This document shows, piece after piece, positions 48,263-60,439 of a DNA stretch of 64,000 bases (position 1 is the first letter of the stretch; each line of letters begins with the position of its first letter). Both the position numbers and the translations under genes were made by a program. The notes under the pieces are model-generated. The model worked only from the letters and a program-made list of their open reading frames with translations. It did not search any database and was not told where the DNA came from. This DNA comes from Octopus bimaculoides (Eukaryota): positions 90,587,087 through 90,651,086 of the forward strand of contig NC_068981.1 of the NCBI RefSeq assembly GCF_001194135.2. Direction: 5' to 3'.

Positions 48263-49739
48263 TCCATCTAGAACTGTTTTACCTGAAGAATGGACAAAAA
48301 TTCCTTTGGAAACAATTCAAACTTTGTACGAGTCCATACCTCGTAGAATAGAAGCTGTAATTACTGCAGAAGGCGGCCCTACTCTATATTAAAAATAAAT
48401 TTGTTTGAAATTTTAAGGTGTTTCCATTATTTTGTCCAACCCATGTATTTTATCATTAAATTACCAATTATATGCTTATTTTCTAACATGTGGGTTTATA
48501 AAATAGTGTCTGGGTTTTTTGCAGCAATTAATCTGAATGTTTTATCATTTGATGAGTGGCAACCCTGACTTTACATGGTCACTTGACCTGCTAAAAATAT
48601 CAACGAAAGCTCTCCCACATCACATCGTACTATCTTAACCTCCACCTCCATCCTCCGACCTTCACCGGAAGTACATGCTAGATAATGTTTTTTTTACAGA
48701 TATTGTCTAAAAAAAGACAAACTAATAAATATATAAATAAATCAATCAATAAGAAGACTGAAGTCAGGTTGAGGTCATAGCTGGAACACATTTGATCACA
48801 GTCTACTTGATCTGGGCTGACCTGAGACGACGACGATGACAACAACAGCAACAACTACAACATCTGTCTGGTTTATATTTTGTCTTACAGCTTAGCTTAT
48901 TTTGATATCTAGAACCACCTTACTTTTAACCACTATGACATCCTTTCTCCCTTCACAACGTATACAACCTTTTAGCTCCTGGACAGGTTAATTAAATTTT
49001 ATGGTATTATTTTCATTTTCCCCCTTTTTTTTTTACAAATTGTAATCTGACCTCTTCCTTTTGTTGTACTGTTTGTTTCTTTCTGGTTATTGATGCTTTC
49101 TAGTTTTTCTTTTTAAATTTATTTCGTTTACATCCTCTTTTATATTTAAATAATAGCTTTTGTGTTAAGCCTTTGTTCTTCTGTGTTTTTTTTTATCAGT
49201 TATTTTGGTTGTGTATTACTAAGTGCTACATATTGGTAGAGAAGCGGTGTAAGGAGAAGTGGGAGACAAGAGGGAAGAGGGGAGTTAAAAAGTGAGACAG
49301 AGAGGGGGAAGAGTGAGAGAAGAAAGATCGCTATAGGGATAGAGGGGGTAAAAAAAAAACGGAAAGGTAATCAGCAGACTGCTGAGGAAAGGGGAGGAAA
49401 CATTTAGAATAATCATCATCGTCGTTGTCGTTGTAACGTCTACTTTTAAAAGCTTGCATAGATTGGATGGAATTTGTTGACCCAGTTATTCTACGGCTGA
49501 ATGCCTTTCATGTTGCCAACCTTTAACCTGGTTCTGAGTAAGGTAATATTTCCTAATGTCCAGGACATGTTTTCACGGCAGACTCGAAATAACTGACTCC
49601 ATTGTATGACAATAACACTTGTTTACAAGTATCTCGCGATATCAAGCTAACTCACGACACGCACATGCAAACACATATACATACATATGTATGTATGTAT
49701 GTATGTATGTATACATGCATAAATACATACATAATGTAA

Positions 49740-49900
49740 CCACATGTGAATCGTTGGCGATTTTCTTCCTCCGTCTTCCTTTCTATTGAACTTTCCTCTG
49801 TTTCTGAAGAAGAGCGTTGCTCGAAACATTAAACCATCTTTCTTTCCTTCTCGGAGCGTTTGCTAATACTTTACATGTTCCACTTCCTAGCGTTGTTGTT
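49740..49900 (+). mobile_element. Penelope-like terminal repeat fragment with hammerhead-like core
   Basis: CTGAAGA-A-GAGC-gtt-GCTC-GAAAC at 49804-49827; related to 20280-20500. Confidence 0.5.
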
Positions 49901-50069
49901 TTTTTGTTTCTTCTTCTTCTTTTTTTGGATTTACTACATACATACATACATACATACATAGTGTAATCTGTGAGTGGAACAGTAAAAATATGTAAGACTT
50001 TTCTCAAGTTCCAAATTTGTTAACTACATCTCAAAGACGGAACCTTTTATCTTTGTTGGAAACCAGCTC

Positions 50070-51208
50070 CCTCCTCAGTGGAGCATCAGCCATGGGAGTT
50101 GGTCAATCTAATTTGGCCCGTTAAGTCTGGTTGTCAGGGATTCCTTCAAGCGGCGGTGAAATCTTTCCATTAATCCTTTCGAAAAGGTCACACATGTTAT
50201 TCCACAGCCTCGAGGTGAATTGTGGACTCCATCGGATGAGATGCTATCTGGGATACTGAAACGGGCGACCCAGTCTGCGATGAAGGCTCGGCTGACTTCT
50301 TGTGTTTCTGTGCTGCGGAGAGGGATAGCTTCAGGCCAACGGGTGTAGCGGTCTACCAAGGTCAATAGATACGAACAACCCTGTGAAGGTGGTTCAGGAC
50401 CGACAAGGTCGATCTTGACATGGCTGAATCGGGCCTGAAGTGGTTCATAGTTGCCGAAGGGTGCTTTGGTGTGTTGATGGACCTTGGCTTGTTGATAGGC
50501 GCTGCAGGACCTGGTCCAGTCCCCGTGCCAGATAAATTTGCTTGACAGCAGCCGCCGTGTGGCTTTAGTATCTGGGTGAGAAAGTCCGTGAATGATGTCG
50601 AAAACTTTCTTACGCCAGGCGGAGGAATATTTCTTTAAATAAAAAGGAAAGTGACTCACCGGGGGCTAATGTCAACATCCTCTCCATCAGTTCCGAAGGT
50701 TTGGAATCGCCTAATTCTTCCTCCAGTATCTTGGCTGTCGCTTCTCTTACACTGCGTCGGAATGTATCCACTAGCCTATCTTTCAATATAGCGTATCTTT
50801 TCGTTGGTGGGGATGGGTTAAAATGTCCAGCACCCTCGTTGCCGTGTCTTCGTCTAGTGCCGCCCCAGTGTACGAGTACGTCGTTTGGTCAACCGTTACC
50901 TTGTTTATATCGAATTGGGCTTTCGCCAGAATTGTGGTAACCTCAGTGTTGTTTTGTTGTTAGTCATGTTTGTTTCGGTGCAGGAACTGTTGTTCTATCG
51001 TCGGGGTCACCAGTTATTAGATTTGTTAAGCTATACGCAGACAAACTAGTGGAGACGAGAATACATTTATCAAAGGTTTATTACTTTACTAACATCAGGA
51101 CTTCAGTCACCAGTTATTTCTGTTTAGTTCACTCAGATTCGTTTCACACTCACTGTTGACATTCTTTTGTTTCCCTTCTCCTACCGGAAGTCCCTTTTGT
51201 TTTATCCA
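50070..51208 (-). mobile_element. Gypsy deletion derivative: 5' LTR, tRNA-Trp PBS, gag N-terminus joined to integrase
   Basis: PBS TGGTGACCCCGACG at 51012-50999 is complementary to the tRNA-Trp 3' end. Gag-like ALDEDTATRVLDIL...EELGDSKPSELMERM is followed by integrase HGLSHP...RFSHVKIDLVGP...VDRYTRWPEAIPL...MERFHRRLKESL. PR, RT and RNase H are absent. Confidence 0.85.
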
Positions 51209-51210
51209 CT

Positions 51211-51324
51211 CCGATGTTTACACACGGTCAGTTATACGTCGCTATGAGTAGAGCAATGGACTCCAGTAATCTAAAAATTAGTGTCGACCAAAAACAAAAT
51301 ATCGTCTACAAAGAAGTTTTGTAA
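51211..51324 (+). mobile_element. Helitron Rep/helicase C-terminal fragment
   Basis: PMFTHGQLYVAMSRAMDSSNLKISVDQKQNIVYKEVL* has the FxHGQLYVAxSR (PIF1 helicase motif VI) and NIVYKEVL terminus typical of Helitrons. Confidence 0.9.
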
Positions 51325-52638
51325 TCATATTGATATTATCGAAAGGAATATGATTCATAATTTAAATAAGGAAATTTGTGAACTTTGAAGGTGTAAGAGT
51401 ATAAACAAACGTAAAACAGTGTAAATAACTAAAATAAAAGTATATCTAAATAACATCTTTTTCTTAATACTTTTTATGTTGTGGTCGACGAAAGCTCTGA
51501 CTTTCGTTAGGAGTGGTCCATATAACCATTCATGATACAGAGGCTTGCAGCCTCTTTCAGTTTGGGAGTGAATCGTCATCATATGTTACTAAAGTCGCAA
51601 ACTCATGTCATATAGCTACAATTGAATCCTGTATCACCAACAATAATGTGATTCCTCTAAGACATTATCCAGTAATCTATCAAGTCCATTTACACATTTC
51701 TCAATACATACTGGTGTTATGATTTCCCACTCTCATTTTATGCTTCCATCGTGGGTAGATTTACTGGTGATAATAATAATAATAATAATAATAATGGTTA
51801 CATGTAGTTTTTTATACGTTGTATTTCGGTTGAGATATAGACGGATTAAAATTCAAGTTAAGTGTGTAACGGTTATGTGCAGGTGTTCATACGTCACAAG
51901 AATGTAACGGAGCTATTGGTCATTTCTGAAGTCCGTGAAATATGGCAGAAGAAAATAATAGTTGAAATGACTTTCATTTTACCGTTACAATATAAAAAAA
52001 ACAAACAACTGGTATGAGTTGTTGTATAAAGATTAGTTGAAGATTTTTTTCCCCATTTCGTAGGTAGTTGTGTTCATCTTTTGTTGACTGCTTGGAGACG
52101 GAGGGGAAAATGTGAGAAAAAGATTTAGAGAATTTACCTTTTTGTTTTGACAAGTAGAGAGAAAGAGAGAGANNNNNNNNNNNNNNNNNNNNNNNNNNNN
52201 NNNNNNNNNNNNNNNNNNNNNNNNNNNNNNNNNNNNNNNNNNNNNNNNNNNNNNNNNNNNNNNNNNNNNNNNNNNNNNNNNNNNNNNNNNNNNNNNNNNN
52301 NNNNNNNNNNNNNNNNNNNNNNNNNNNNNNNNNNNNNNNNNNNNNNNNNNNNNNNNNNNNNNNNNNNNNNNNNNNNNNNNNNNNNNNNNNNNNNNNNNNN
52401 NNNNNNNNNNNNNNNNNNNNNNNNNNNNNNNNNNNNNNNNNNNNNNNNNNNNNNNNNNNNNNNNNNNNNNNNNNNNNNNNNNNNNNNNNNNNNNNNNNNN
52501 NNNNNNNNNNNNNNNNNNNNNNNNNNNNNNNNNNNNNNNNNNNNNNNNNNNNNNNNNNNNNNNNNNNNNNNNNNNNNNNNNNNNNNNNNNNNNNNNNNNN
52601 NNNNNNNNNNNNNNNNNNNNNNNNNNNNNNNNNNNNNN

Positions 52639-52925
52639 CATATTTATTTACAGTGGAATTCAGTTCACGCTTGGAGGGAATTCGGTAGCTCGTCGCCCTC
52701 GGTTACTGAGACGCCTTCTGAATGATTTCCGTGCTTATTTGTGAAGCTCTGGTGCTGACATGTGAGAGAGCTCTGTTGGACGTCTTGGCTCGACGGAGGT
52801 CAGTCAACGAAGAGACTGAGAAAAGGCGCCAAAGCTGGGTGTCGAACTCTACGCATACGCATGAGACTCTTCCTGTATTCCTTCCGGAACTAGTCCCTGC
52901 GCATGCGTGGATAAAACTCCGGACA
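52639..52925 (-). mobile_element. LTR-like segment truncated by an assembly gap
   Basis: Minus strand begins TGTCCGG, is CpG-rich, and carries tgcgcatgcg and ttccgg motifs like the other LTR-like segments. An AATAAA lies near the gap. The TSD cannot be checked. Confidence 0.4.
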
Positions 52926-53039
52926 TTGAACATATAACAGTCGTCTGCTATAAGTTGTCACTACATATATATATATATCTATCACTGGTACCGATCAAAC
53001 TATCGGATGTTGTTATACATCGTTAGACATATTACACTT

Positions 53040-53480
53040 TCGAATTCTCCCTTGATTGTGCTATTCTTTACCATCTTGGCCCAAATCGCTTTCCTGTCGC
53101 CGTGGAAGCCTTTTGAATGGCCTTTTGCGGTCTCTTGGATACCACTTGGCAACTGCAGAACTTGTGCTTCCGGTAATCTGTGATCACATCATTCACTCGG
53201 CTCCCTTCTCGTATGATCTCACTTCGGATGTTTTCTTGTAGTAATATTCCTGGCATGAATCTTTTTATAGCCCTTTGTGTCGTAGCCATTCGATATTCCT
53301 CTCGCTTCGTAGTAGCCCACGTCTCACTTGCTTATTAGAGCACAGAGAGGAAAGTGTTATTGAAGAATCTGGCAGTATGGTCTTGTCCAGCTTTACTTTG
53401 AGCACATCTTTATTGAGGCAAACGCCTTTCATCCAGTTGTTATTGTCTTCGAGATTTCAGCATTCATGTCTCAGCACATA
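53040..53480 (-). mobile_element. RTE-clade LINE C-terminal fragment (second subfamily)
   Basis: ASETWATTKREEYRMATTQRAIKRFMPGILLQENIRSEIIREGSRVNDVITDYRKHKF...WYPRDRKRP resembles the RTE-1 C-terminus, frameshifted. Confidence 0.8.
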
Positions 53481-55729
53481 TTCACTGTGTACCTTAAGTA
53501 TATATTATTCTGTATATCCTACTTAACGTGGATATACTGTTGAAAGCCATTTAGTTATATAGTTGTAAAAAAGTACAGAAGTATATCAGTAGCATAATAT
53601 CCAGCAGCGGCGGTGAAAGTGACGGACTCATATTTTTGCATATTTGCATGTCATCTACAGCAAACATCCACTGGTAACTACATGCTTAGACAAATTAAGC
53701 CTCTACAGGTATAGAAAAAACAGTGATTAACAAACTACTAAGGTAATGAGATGGAAAAAATTACCGTGCAGTATTTTCCGCAGTTCTAACAAGTCTACTA
53801 ACTCGTCGCTTACATGTAGAAAAATATTTGATTTTTGTTTATATAACATATTTCACATCTCCACCTTAATGCAGTCTTCGGCTCTTTGCTTCAGTCTTCT
53901 TTTCTCTTGCTTCGATGGACCTACACTTAGCTTTTTCTGCCTCAGGCTCATGACGTGATTCTTTATTTGTGGTACAAAAAATTTTTTTAATGTATTTATG
54001 TATTTAGATCAGTGGGACATCTCTTTATAGAATTTTAGCGTGGGTTGTCGTTAATAAAAATCGTCAACATTTTGATAATTGGACTGAATCATTGATCCAA
54101 TAACCATGAAATACCTCTGTGCAGTAAATAACGACAACACACGTTCTGTGCGAATAACTTCACGTTCAAGGTTTTATTCAGACGCGTGACAGACGAACGC
54201 GTACAGTGGGTATACAATGTTCAATAAAGATTTCTGGGAAGAAGAAAGGTTTTTGAACAACTTGCCATGTTCCATGATAACTTCGAGTAAACAGAAGTAA
54301 ATAAAGCTACGATATTTTCTTTCCTCAGGCACTAGACGTAGAATACCATGACGAGCTACTGGTAGGAAATCAGATATCGAATTCATGTGCCTGGCTCTCT
54401 CGTGGCCGCAGTGGACCTTGTCGCGTCTCGAAGAAACAGTTAGAGAAGAGAGGCCGATTTAAGCGGGAATGCACGCTTAAATATGCGATGTGCTACTAGC
54501 GACCTCCTGCGTGTTATTTTGAAGTTATATGTAGTAAATTAGCAAAGGGGGAGTTAGTTATGTTCGCCTGGAATTTTCTGGAATATTCTAGATTGTTCGA
54601 TCAGGAGAGATAACTGTCGTTGACTCCCAACGAATATTTTGTGGGCTTGCGAATCTGTTTCAATTAGCGTGTTTAGAAGGATTGTGCCTGCAGAGGTACA
54701 TGTGTTTTTAAATTTCCATTTTTTTTTTCAACAGCTTCTAATATTTCGATTATTGCAGAGAATGTTTTTACATTTACTACTATACTTATTCTACATATTT
54801 CTAAATCCATATATATTGTTAGTTTCTCAAATTCTTTCTGGTTGTTACAGCCAGAAGGGATAGATGTTTAACGGGAACCAGTATAACGTGTGTGTTGTCA
54901 TTAATTTAATGTAAGTGCTTCTGTGACAGCGTGTACAAAGAAAGTAATACCGGAAGGCAGGGTTTATATAACATTAAATTCTATTTTTGTAGTGTAGCAA
55001 ACACATGTATGAAGTAATAAGAATTCGGTTTTTTAGGTTGTGTTTGATATGTTAAACAATTGGTGTAGCGTGACATGAATGAATTTCGCATGACTTAACG
55101 ATGTATTTTGTTTGGGTGGATTATATGCCACAAAATGAAAATAGATATAAATGAAATGAGTTGCGCGGCATTGGTAGTGAACACTGTAATAGTCGTATAG
55201 TAGAAAGGGTGATGTTGGGGGCCTTCAAATCTACGACTAACCAAGCTGGTGTTGAACATAGAAGATGAGCTGTATTGAAGAAAGCGATGTTACTTTCATG
55301 CCGTAAAATCCGCAACTGGTTTAGCTATTTGAAAAAGGTGCGTATACTGCAGGGCGGAAGTTGCCCCATATATCCTTCCTCAGCCAGCTCTAATAGGATG
55401 AAGTGGCCATAGCACGACTGTGCTATGCCACCACGACAAAATAGCTCTTTTCTGTCTCGCTACAGATGCATTGATAAATGTATTGGGTTATCCCAGAAGT
55501 AATGCCCGACTGAGAGAGAGAGAGAAAAACGGCATCGCGTCTGTTGAAGTTACTTATGAGATTTTCTGTGAATATTCAGTTCAGTTTCTCCAAGAACTTG
55601 GAACCATCTACCTGGCAAGAGCGGAGGCGTGTGAGTCATTCAACACTCTACGAATAATTGACCACCAAAATCGGCTTTTTATAGTGTACAAGGACATTCG
55701 AGAAAACCATATCACGCCACAGCCTCGCG

Positions 55730-55762
55730 CTGATTGGTCGATTTATAGACCAATCACGTGAA
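55730..55762. promoter_or_regulatory. Inverted CCAAT-box pair plus E-box
   Basis: cgcgctGATTGGTCgatttataGACCAATCACGTG; an ETS/GC-box-like gggcggaagt lies at about 55351. Function not established. Confidence 0.35.
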
Positions 55763-55789
55763 ACTATAGTGGTTCTTATTTTTTTAATT

Positions 55790-55975
55790 ATTTTTTTTAT
55801 TGCCCACAAGGGGCTAAACATAGAGGGGACAAACAAGGACAGACAAAGGAATTAAGTCGATTACGTCGACCCCAGTGCGTAACTGGTACTTAATTTATCG
55901 ACCCCGAAAGGATGAAAGGCAAAGTCGACCACGGCGGAATTTGAACTCAGAACGTAGCGGCAGACGAAATACTGA
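55790..55975 (-). mobile_element. MetaSINE-like copy with CpGs largely intact
   Basis: Near-identical to 2735-2940 and 31005-31190. Confidence 0.88.
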
Positions 55976-57850
55976 TTACAACATATTACGAAGATAACAG
56001 AATCCTCTTAAAGGATTAATTCTTAAAACACATAAAGAAGTGGAAATTACCCTCATTACATTATTTTCTATCAAATCAAAATAACCTCGATAGTAAGAAG
56101 TTTGTAAATCGTAGATATTGATTATGTTAATGAATGAATTTTAAGAAGTTATGAAATTTAGAGATTTTATCTTCCTACCCAATATTCAGGCATTACTTAT
56201 GGAATGAGCTGATGTATTCATCTCTAACTCTTGTATCTAAGAAATTGGCTCTGACTCCCCAATCACTTTACCCAAGTATAATACCGAGTAATGTTACTAA
56301 ATAATTTTCAGTGATAGTTTTCAGAAATAGTTTGTATAATTTAATGTCTGTTTTGATTTGATCGTATTTATTACATATCCCCGTGAATGTCACTACCTAT
56401 TTAATATTTCACGCCTATGTGAATATTTAAACTGCTTTGGACTATGTGGTCAATTGTTTACTGGTGATTACTGCATAATTTGCTCTTAGTTTATGATATT
56501 TTACAGATAATTTCTGGTCGGTAAGCGTTTTTTTTATGGTTTAGTCACAGAAGGAAAACAGAATTTATAATGCTTTTAGCAGAGTTTACGAAGCTAGAGG
56601 GGTCAAAGGAAGAATAGACCGCATCTCGCATATGGGTAACTGCAATAGGAATAAGAGCATCAAAATATAGAATTATTTTTTCATCGGAAACCTACCTGGT
56701 CCAAAAGCTTGTATCAGTGTGGATGCTTAAGACACTCAAGTGTTGGGTAGTGGTTTTAAACGAGAGGTTCTTAAACTTACATATACAAATCTATCCCTAG
56801 ATATCTGAAACATTTTGCCCAAACGCCCTTATTGACGAAAAGATAAAACAGAATTTACATCCATATAATACCTCTTTCTTCGCTATATTGTTGGATAAAT
56901 TTAAAAATCATCTTAGTCTATTAAACGTGGTAATTTCTCCTCCTCTTCTTCAATCCTATTAGACTTCCTCATCCTATGAGAAACACAGTGTTGGACTGAA
57001 GAACAAAAGAAACTCATCGAATGTTTTGCTTATTGATTTTCTCTCAGAAGGCTTAGACTGAACCGACGCTATGGTAGAGGACACCTGCCTAAGGGTGACA
57101 CGCATGGGATTGAACCCAGAACTATGTCATTGCCAAGCGAACTTCATAACCGTGTGAAACCTTTTGTTTCAGTTTTTATATCAGTACCGACGAACTATTT
57201 TTGAATTCTTTTGATATTTACCACACCTCTGTCATGTTTTGCGAGATACTGACCGTAAAGGGGGCTTATGCTTCCACCTCTTTATAAAAATATCTACAAG
57301 TCTTTGTTTTAATCCGTATTTTTCCCTTTGCTTTGTCAGCTGGTGTGTTTTTCTCATCCTGTATACTGTACATAATTGCCTCCTTATCAATAGAAAATAG
57401 TTTTTTTACTATCCACTTTTACCGCACACCCCAATTAATTTGAAGAATTTATCTTTATTTCTTATTTTATATTAGGTGGTGTTTATAAGTTCTATCAAAA
57501 TATATTTGATAGCGACTCTTTATTTGTATGATTGTATCTTCTCTTCCTTGGATGCCTGGTAAATACAGACTGTCTATATCAGATTGAGGCTAGTGTACTC
57601 TAAATACTAGGCCCCACCCGAAATATTTACTAGTATTTTTTGCCTGCTACCTCAACTTTATTAATGGGAAGACAAACCAGAGTTTACATTCATATAATTC
57701 GTGTATTTTTCGCCATGATCACGGGCCAGTTTAAAACCATCTAACTTTATTAAACATAACAATTTGATCTCCCCCTTTCAGTGGAGTTGTTAGAATTTTT
57801 GCTGTCCAGAGCAGCCATTGAGTTTTCACCCCACTTCCTATACAAGTTTA

Positions 57851-58212
57851 TTGTTGGCACCCCGTCGCTTACGACGTCGAGGGTTCCAGTTGATCCGATC
57901 AACGGAACAGCCTGCTCGTGAAATTAACGTGCAAGTGGATGAGCACTCCACAGACACGTGTACCCTCAACGTAGTTCTCGGGATATTCAGCGTGACACAG
58001 TGTGACAAGGCACAACAGAAACAGGAAGTAAGAATGAGAGAAAGTTGTTGTGGAAGAGTACAGCATGGTTCGCCACTATCCCCTGCCGGAGCCTCGTGGA
58101 GCTTTAGGTGTTTACGCTCAATAAACACTCACAATGCCCGGTCTGGGAATCGAAACCGCGATCCTATAACCGCGAGTCCACTGCCCTAACCACTGGGCCA
58201 TTGCGCCTCCAC
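57851..58212 (-). mobile_element. tRNA-derived SINE (same family as 3212-3586) with ~10-bp TSD
   Basis: Flanks tacaagttta (57841-57850) and tacaagctta (58215-58224). Confidence 0.9.
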
Positions 58213-58481
58213 AATACAAGCTTATACAGTAGACACAAAAACTTCGCCAAGGAAAGACAGCCCTATCCGAGCTGCGGTGCTAGTCTCTTTCAATTCTTAC
58301 AGCCCTAGCGTGTGAGAAACATTACTATAAACTATGCCATAAGTTTCTTTTATTTTTTCCTTTTTTTCTTTTAATTCAATTAATATTCAATATATTATAA
58401 TAGAAATATTAAGACTTACTTAGATAGTTTGGCTGGTTATGTTTTTATTTATTTCTAGGTTTACTTCTGTTTCTTATAAAT

Positions 58482-58741
58482 CAGTGGTTCTCAACAATTT
58501 TTCTTCCTATGGATCCCTTTGCTTCCTATTTTACTCTACTGGACCTCCATATCCCTACGATGTATATAAAATAATCAATCCTATTATATATTCATAATTA
58601 AATATTATAAAGAATTGTATAAAAAAAGTTAAAATATTTTGTGTATAGTAGAAGTATGAACAATTTATTGCAGATAATTTTTAACAGCAAAATCTCGTAT
58701 AGACATCTAAAGGCCGTATGGATCCCGGTAAAGAACCACAG
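58482..58741. mobile_element. hAT (Charlie-like) MITE with perfect 8-bp TSD
   Basis: cagtggttctca ... aaagaaccacag; ttataaat at 58474-58481 and 58742-58749. A related fragment lies at about 34320-34380. Confidence 0.82.
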
Positions 58742-60359
58742 TTATAAATAATCCGAATTTCTTACAAATTTTATTTTTCTCCCTTCTTATAATTTTGTCC
58801 TTAACTTATTGTATAACGTATTTCCAGATACACTATGCCAGAAAATAAAACAGGATGGTCAGGACTGGAATGTTGTTGATCATAGGTCTGTTCAGTTAAG
58901 GAAAACATAGGGCTAAGTTGTAATAACAGTAATAACAATTGCTCATGAGCTAATGTGAAAGCTTTTATGTCACCGCTCGACAAATGGCAGCCAAATATCG
59001 GATCTAGTTCAAAACGGGGGCGCCAGTTTTCATTTATGTTTTATGTAGTGTTTTTGGTACCGAAAGACTTTCAAACTTCGTATACTTATCTATTTTGTGT
59101 TATAGAACAGAAAAAAATTTTTGTATTCGAAGTTATTTCATATAAAAAATTGTCTTATTTCGATAATTTCAACCAATCACTGACAAGTATTCAGCTGTTT
59201 ATAGTTACTCCTTTGGCAGTTTAAGCGGTTCCTTTGGCAGTTTAAGCGGTGTAAAGTGTATTTAATCTCCATTACTTCTGACATTTTGCAGAGAGGCAAC
59301 GCACGTGTGTTCGTTTTCCTTCGTTTTATTTTTAATATAATTTCGTTNNNNNNNNNNNNNNNNNNNNNNNNNNNCCAGGCCTTGTGCCTATAATAGAAAG
59401 GTTTATTAGCTACTGCCAATATGCTTCAGCCATTTTTTGACAAGGAAATAATAATTTTATCACCGCCAGAATCGTTTGAGAATCGTTTGTTTACGTAGTC
59501 AGCACTTACTGTATTCGGCTGAATGGACGTCAGTCATTGGTTGAAATTACAGAAATACGACAACTTTAACATGAAATAAGTTGCAATATAATAATTTTTG
59601 TTAAGAAGACTAAGAGAAAAAGATGTTTTATATGACACATTCTACCAGTGTCCCAAGTTTCAAAGTGTTTCGTTAAGAAAATACTGGTGCCCCTGTTTTG
59701 AACTAGATCCCAAATATCTCTCACATTACTGAATCTTTAAAAACAAAAGAGCACGCTGGATAGCGTAGTCCATGGTACCTAACATTTAGAAAAAGAAGAC
59801 GGAATGGTGATAACTGGATTATATTCGATTAAAGATCTTCCTAGTCTGGGTTTATCTGGATCTAAGCAACAACATCTCGATTTCTTGTGACAGTCAAGTA
59901 TTACTTGTGACTAAACAAGTGACATTTTTGACTAAGTAACCAATCAGGATTTGAATCTATGTCTTAAAGCCCACATATATAAGGCAACATCAGCACATTC
60001 AAACTAGTGAAACAAACGATTAACAATTCTGTTTCGCACAACACAACAGAGCATGTAAAAGTTTCTTTTTCGTATACTTTAAAATCTTCCCGTCTAATTG
60101 CTAATGTTGTTTATTGCTATGAAACTTATTGAACTTTCAAATTATTATCATGATGCAATGAAAATTTATCGAACATTTGAACTTCTATCATTTCTTATTG
60201 CTGTGAAACTTTTTGAACACTTTAATTTTCATATGTAATTTTGCTTAGAAACCTATTGAACCTATTGAATTTATGAGCGTTTTATTGCTATGTAAATTTT
60301 TCTTGTGAATTCTCTTTCTTTAAAGCTTTCACCTTACCTTTTTTATTATTTATTTACTA

Positions 60360-60369
60360 AAACACACAC

Positions 60370-60436
<67 letters not shown>
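60360..60436 (+). repeat. (CA)n microsatellite (representative of dozens of CA/TA/TATC/TACA/GAT microsatellites)
   Basis: Directly visible. Confidence 0.95.

Positions 60437-60439
<3 letters not shown>

Larger units (their letters stand above)
44032..48445 (+). mobile_element. Tc1-like element (TA TSD) nested in the hAT, catalytic core deleted
   Basis: TIRs taggggttggacaaaataatggaaacacct / aggtgtttccattattttgtccaacccatg. N-terminus MTDLSDFQRGQIVGAHMAGVSITKTAEMFGVSRSTVSKV at 44279; C-terminus EEWTKIPLETIQTLYESIPRRIEAVITAEGGPTLY* ending at 48392. Confidence 0.9.
41517..48567 (+). mobile_element. hAT DNA transposon (CAGGGTTGCCAC-type TIRs, 8-bp TSD) containing nested insertions
   Basis: Left (a)agggatgccact, right agtggcaaccctg; TSD attttaca (41509-41516) / actttaca (48568-48575); tgggttt subterminal motifs at both ends. 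Confidence 0.85.

Noticed and set aside
54174-54386. 70-aa minus ORF and 113-aa plus ORF at 55420 as genes
   Set aside because: No domain similarity, non-ATG or short starts, and no supporting exon chain.
56509-56522. 14-nt microexon candidate (ttttacAG|ATAATTTCTGGTCG|GTAAGC); similar candidates near 19426 and 9437
   Set aside because: Good splice signals occur by chance in 64 kb of AT-rich DNA, and there is no coding context to anchor them.
59208-59250. 21-bp tandem duplication ctttggcagtttaagcggt
   Set aside because: A simple two-copy local duplication near a gap with no further structure.
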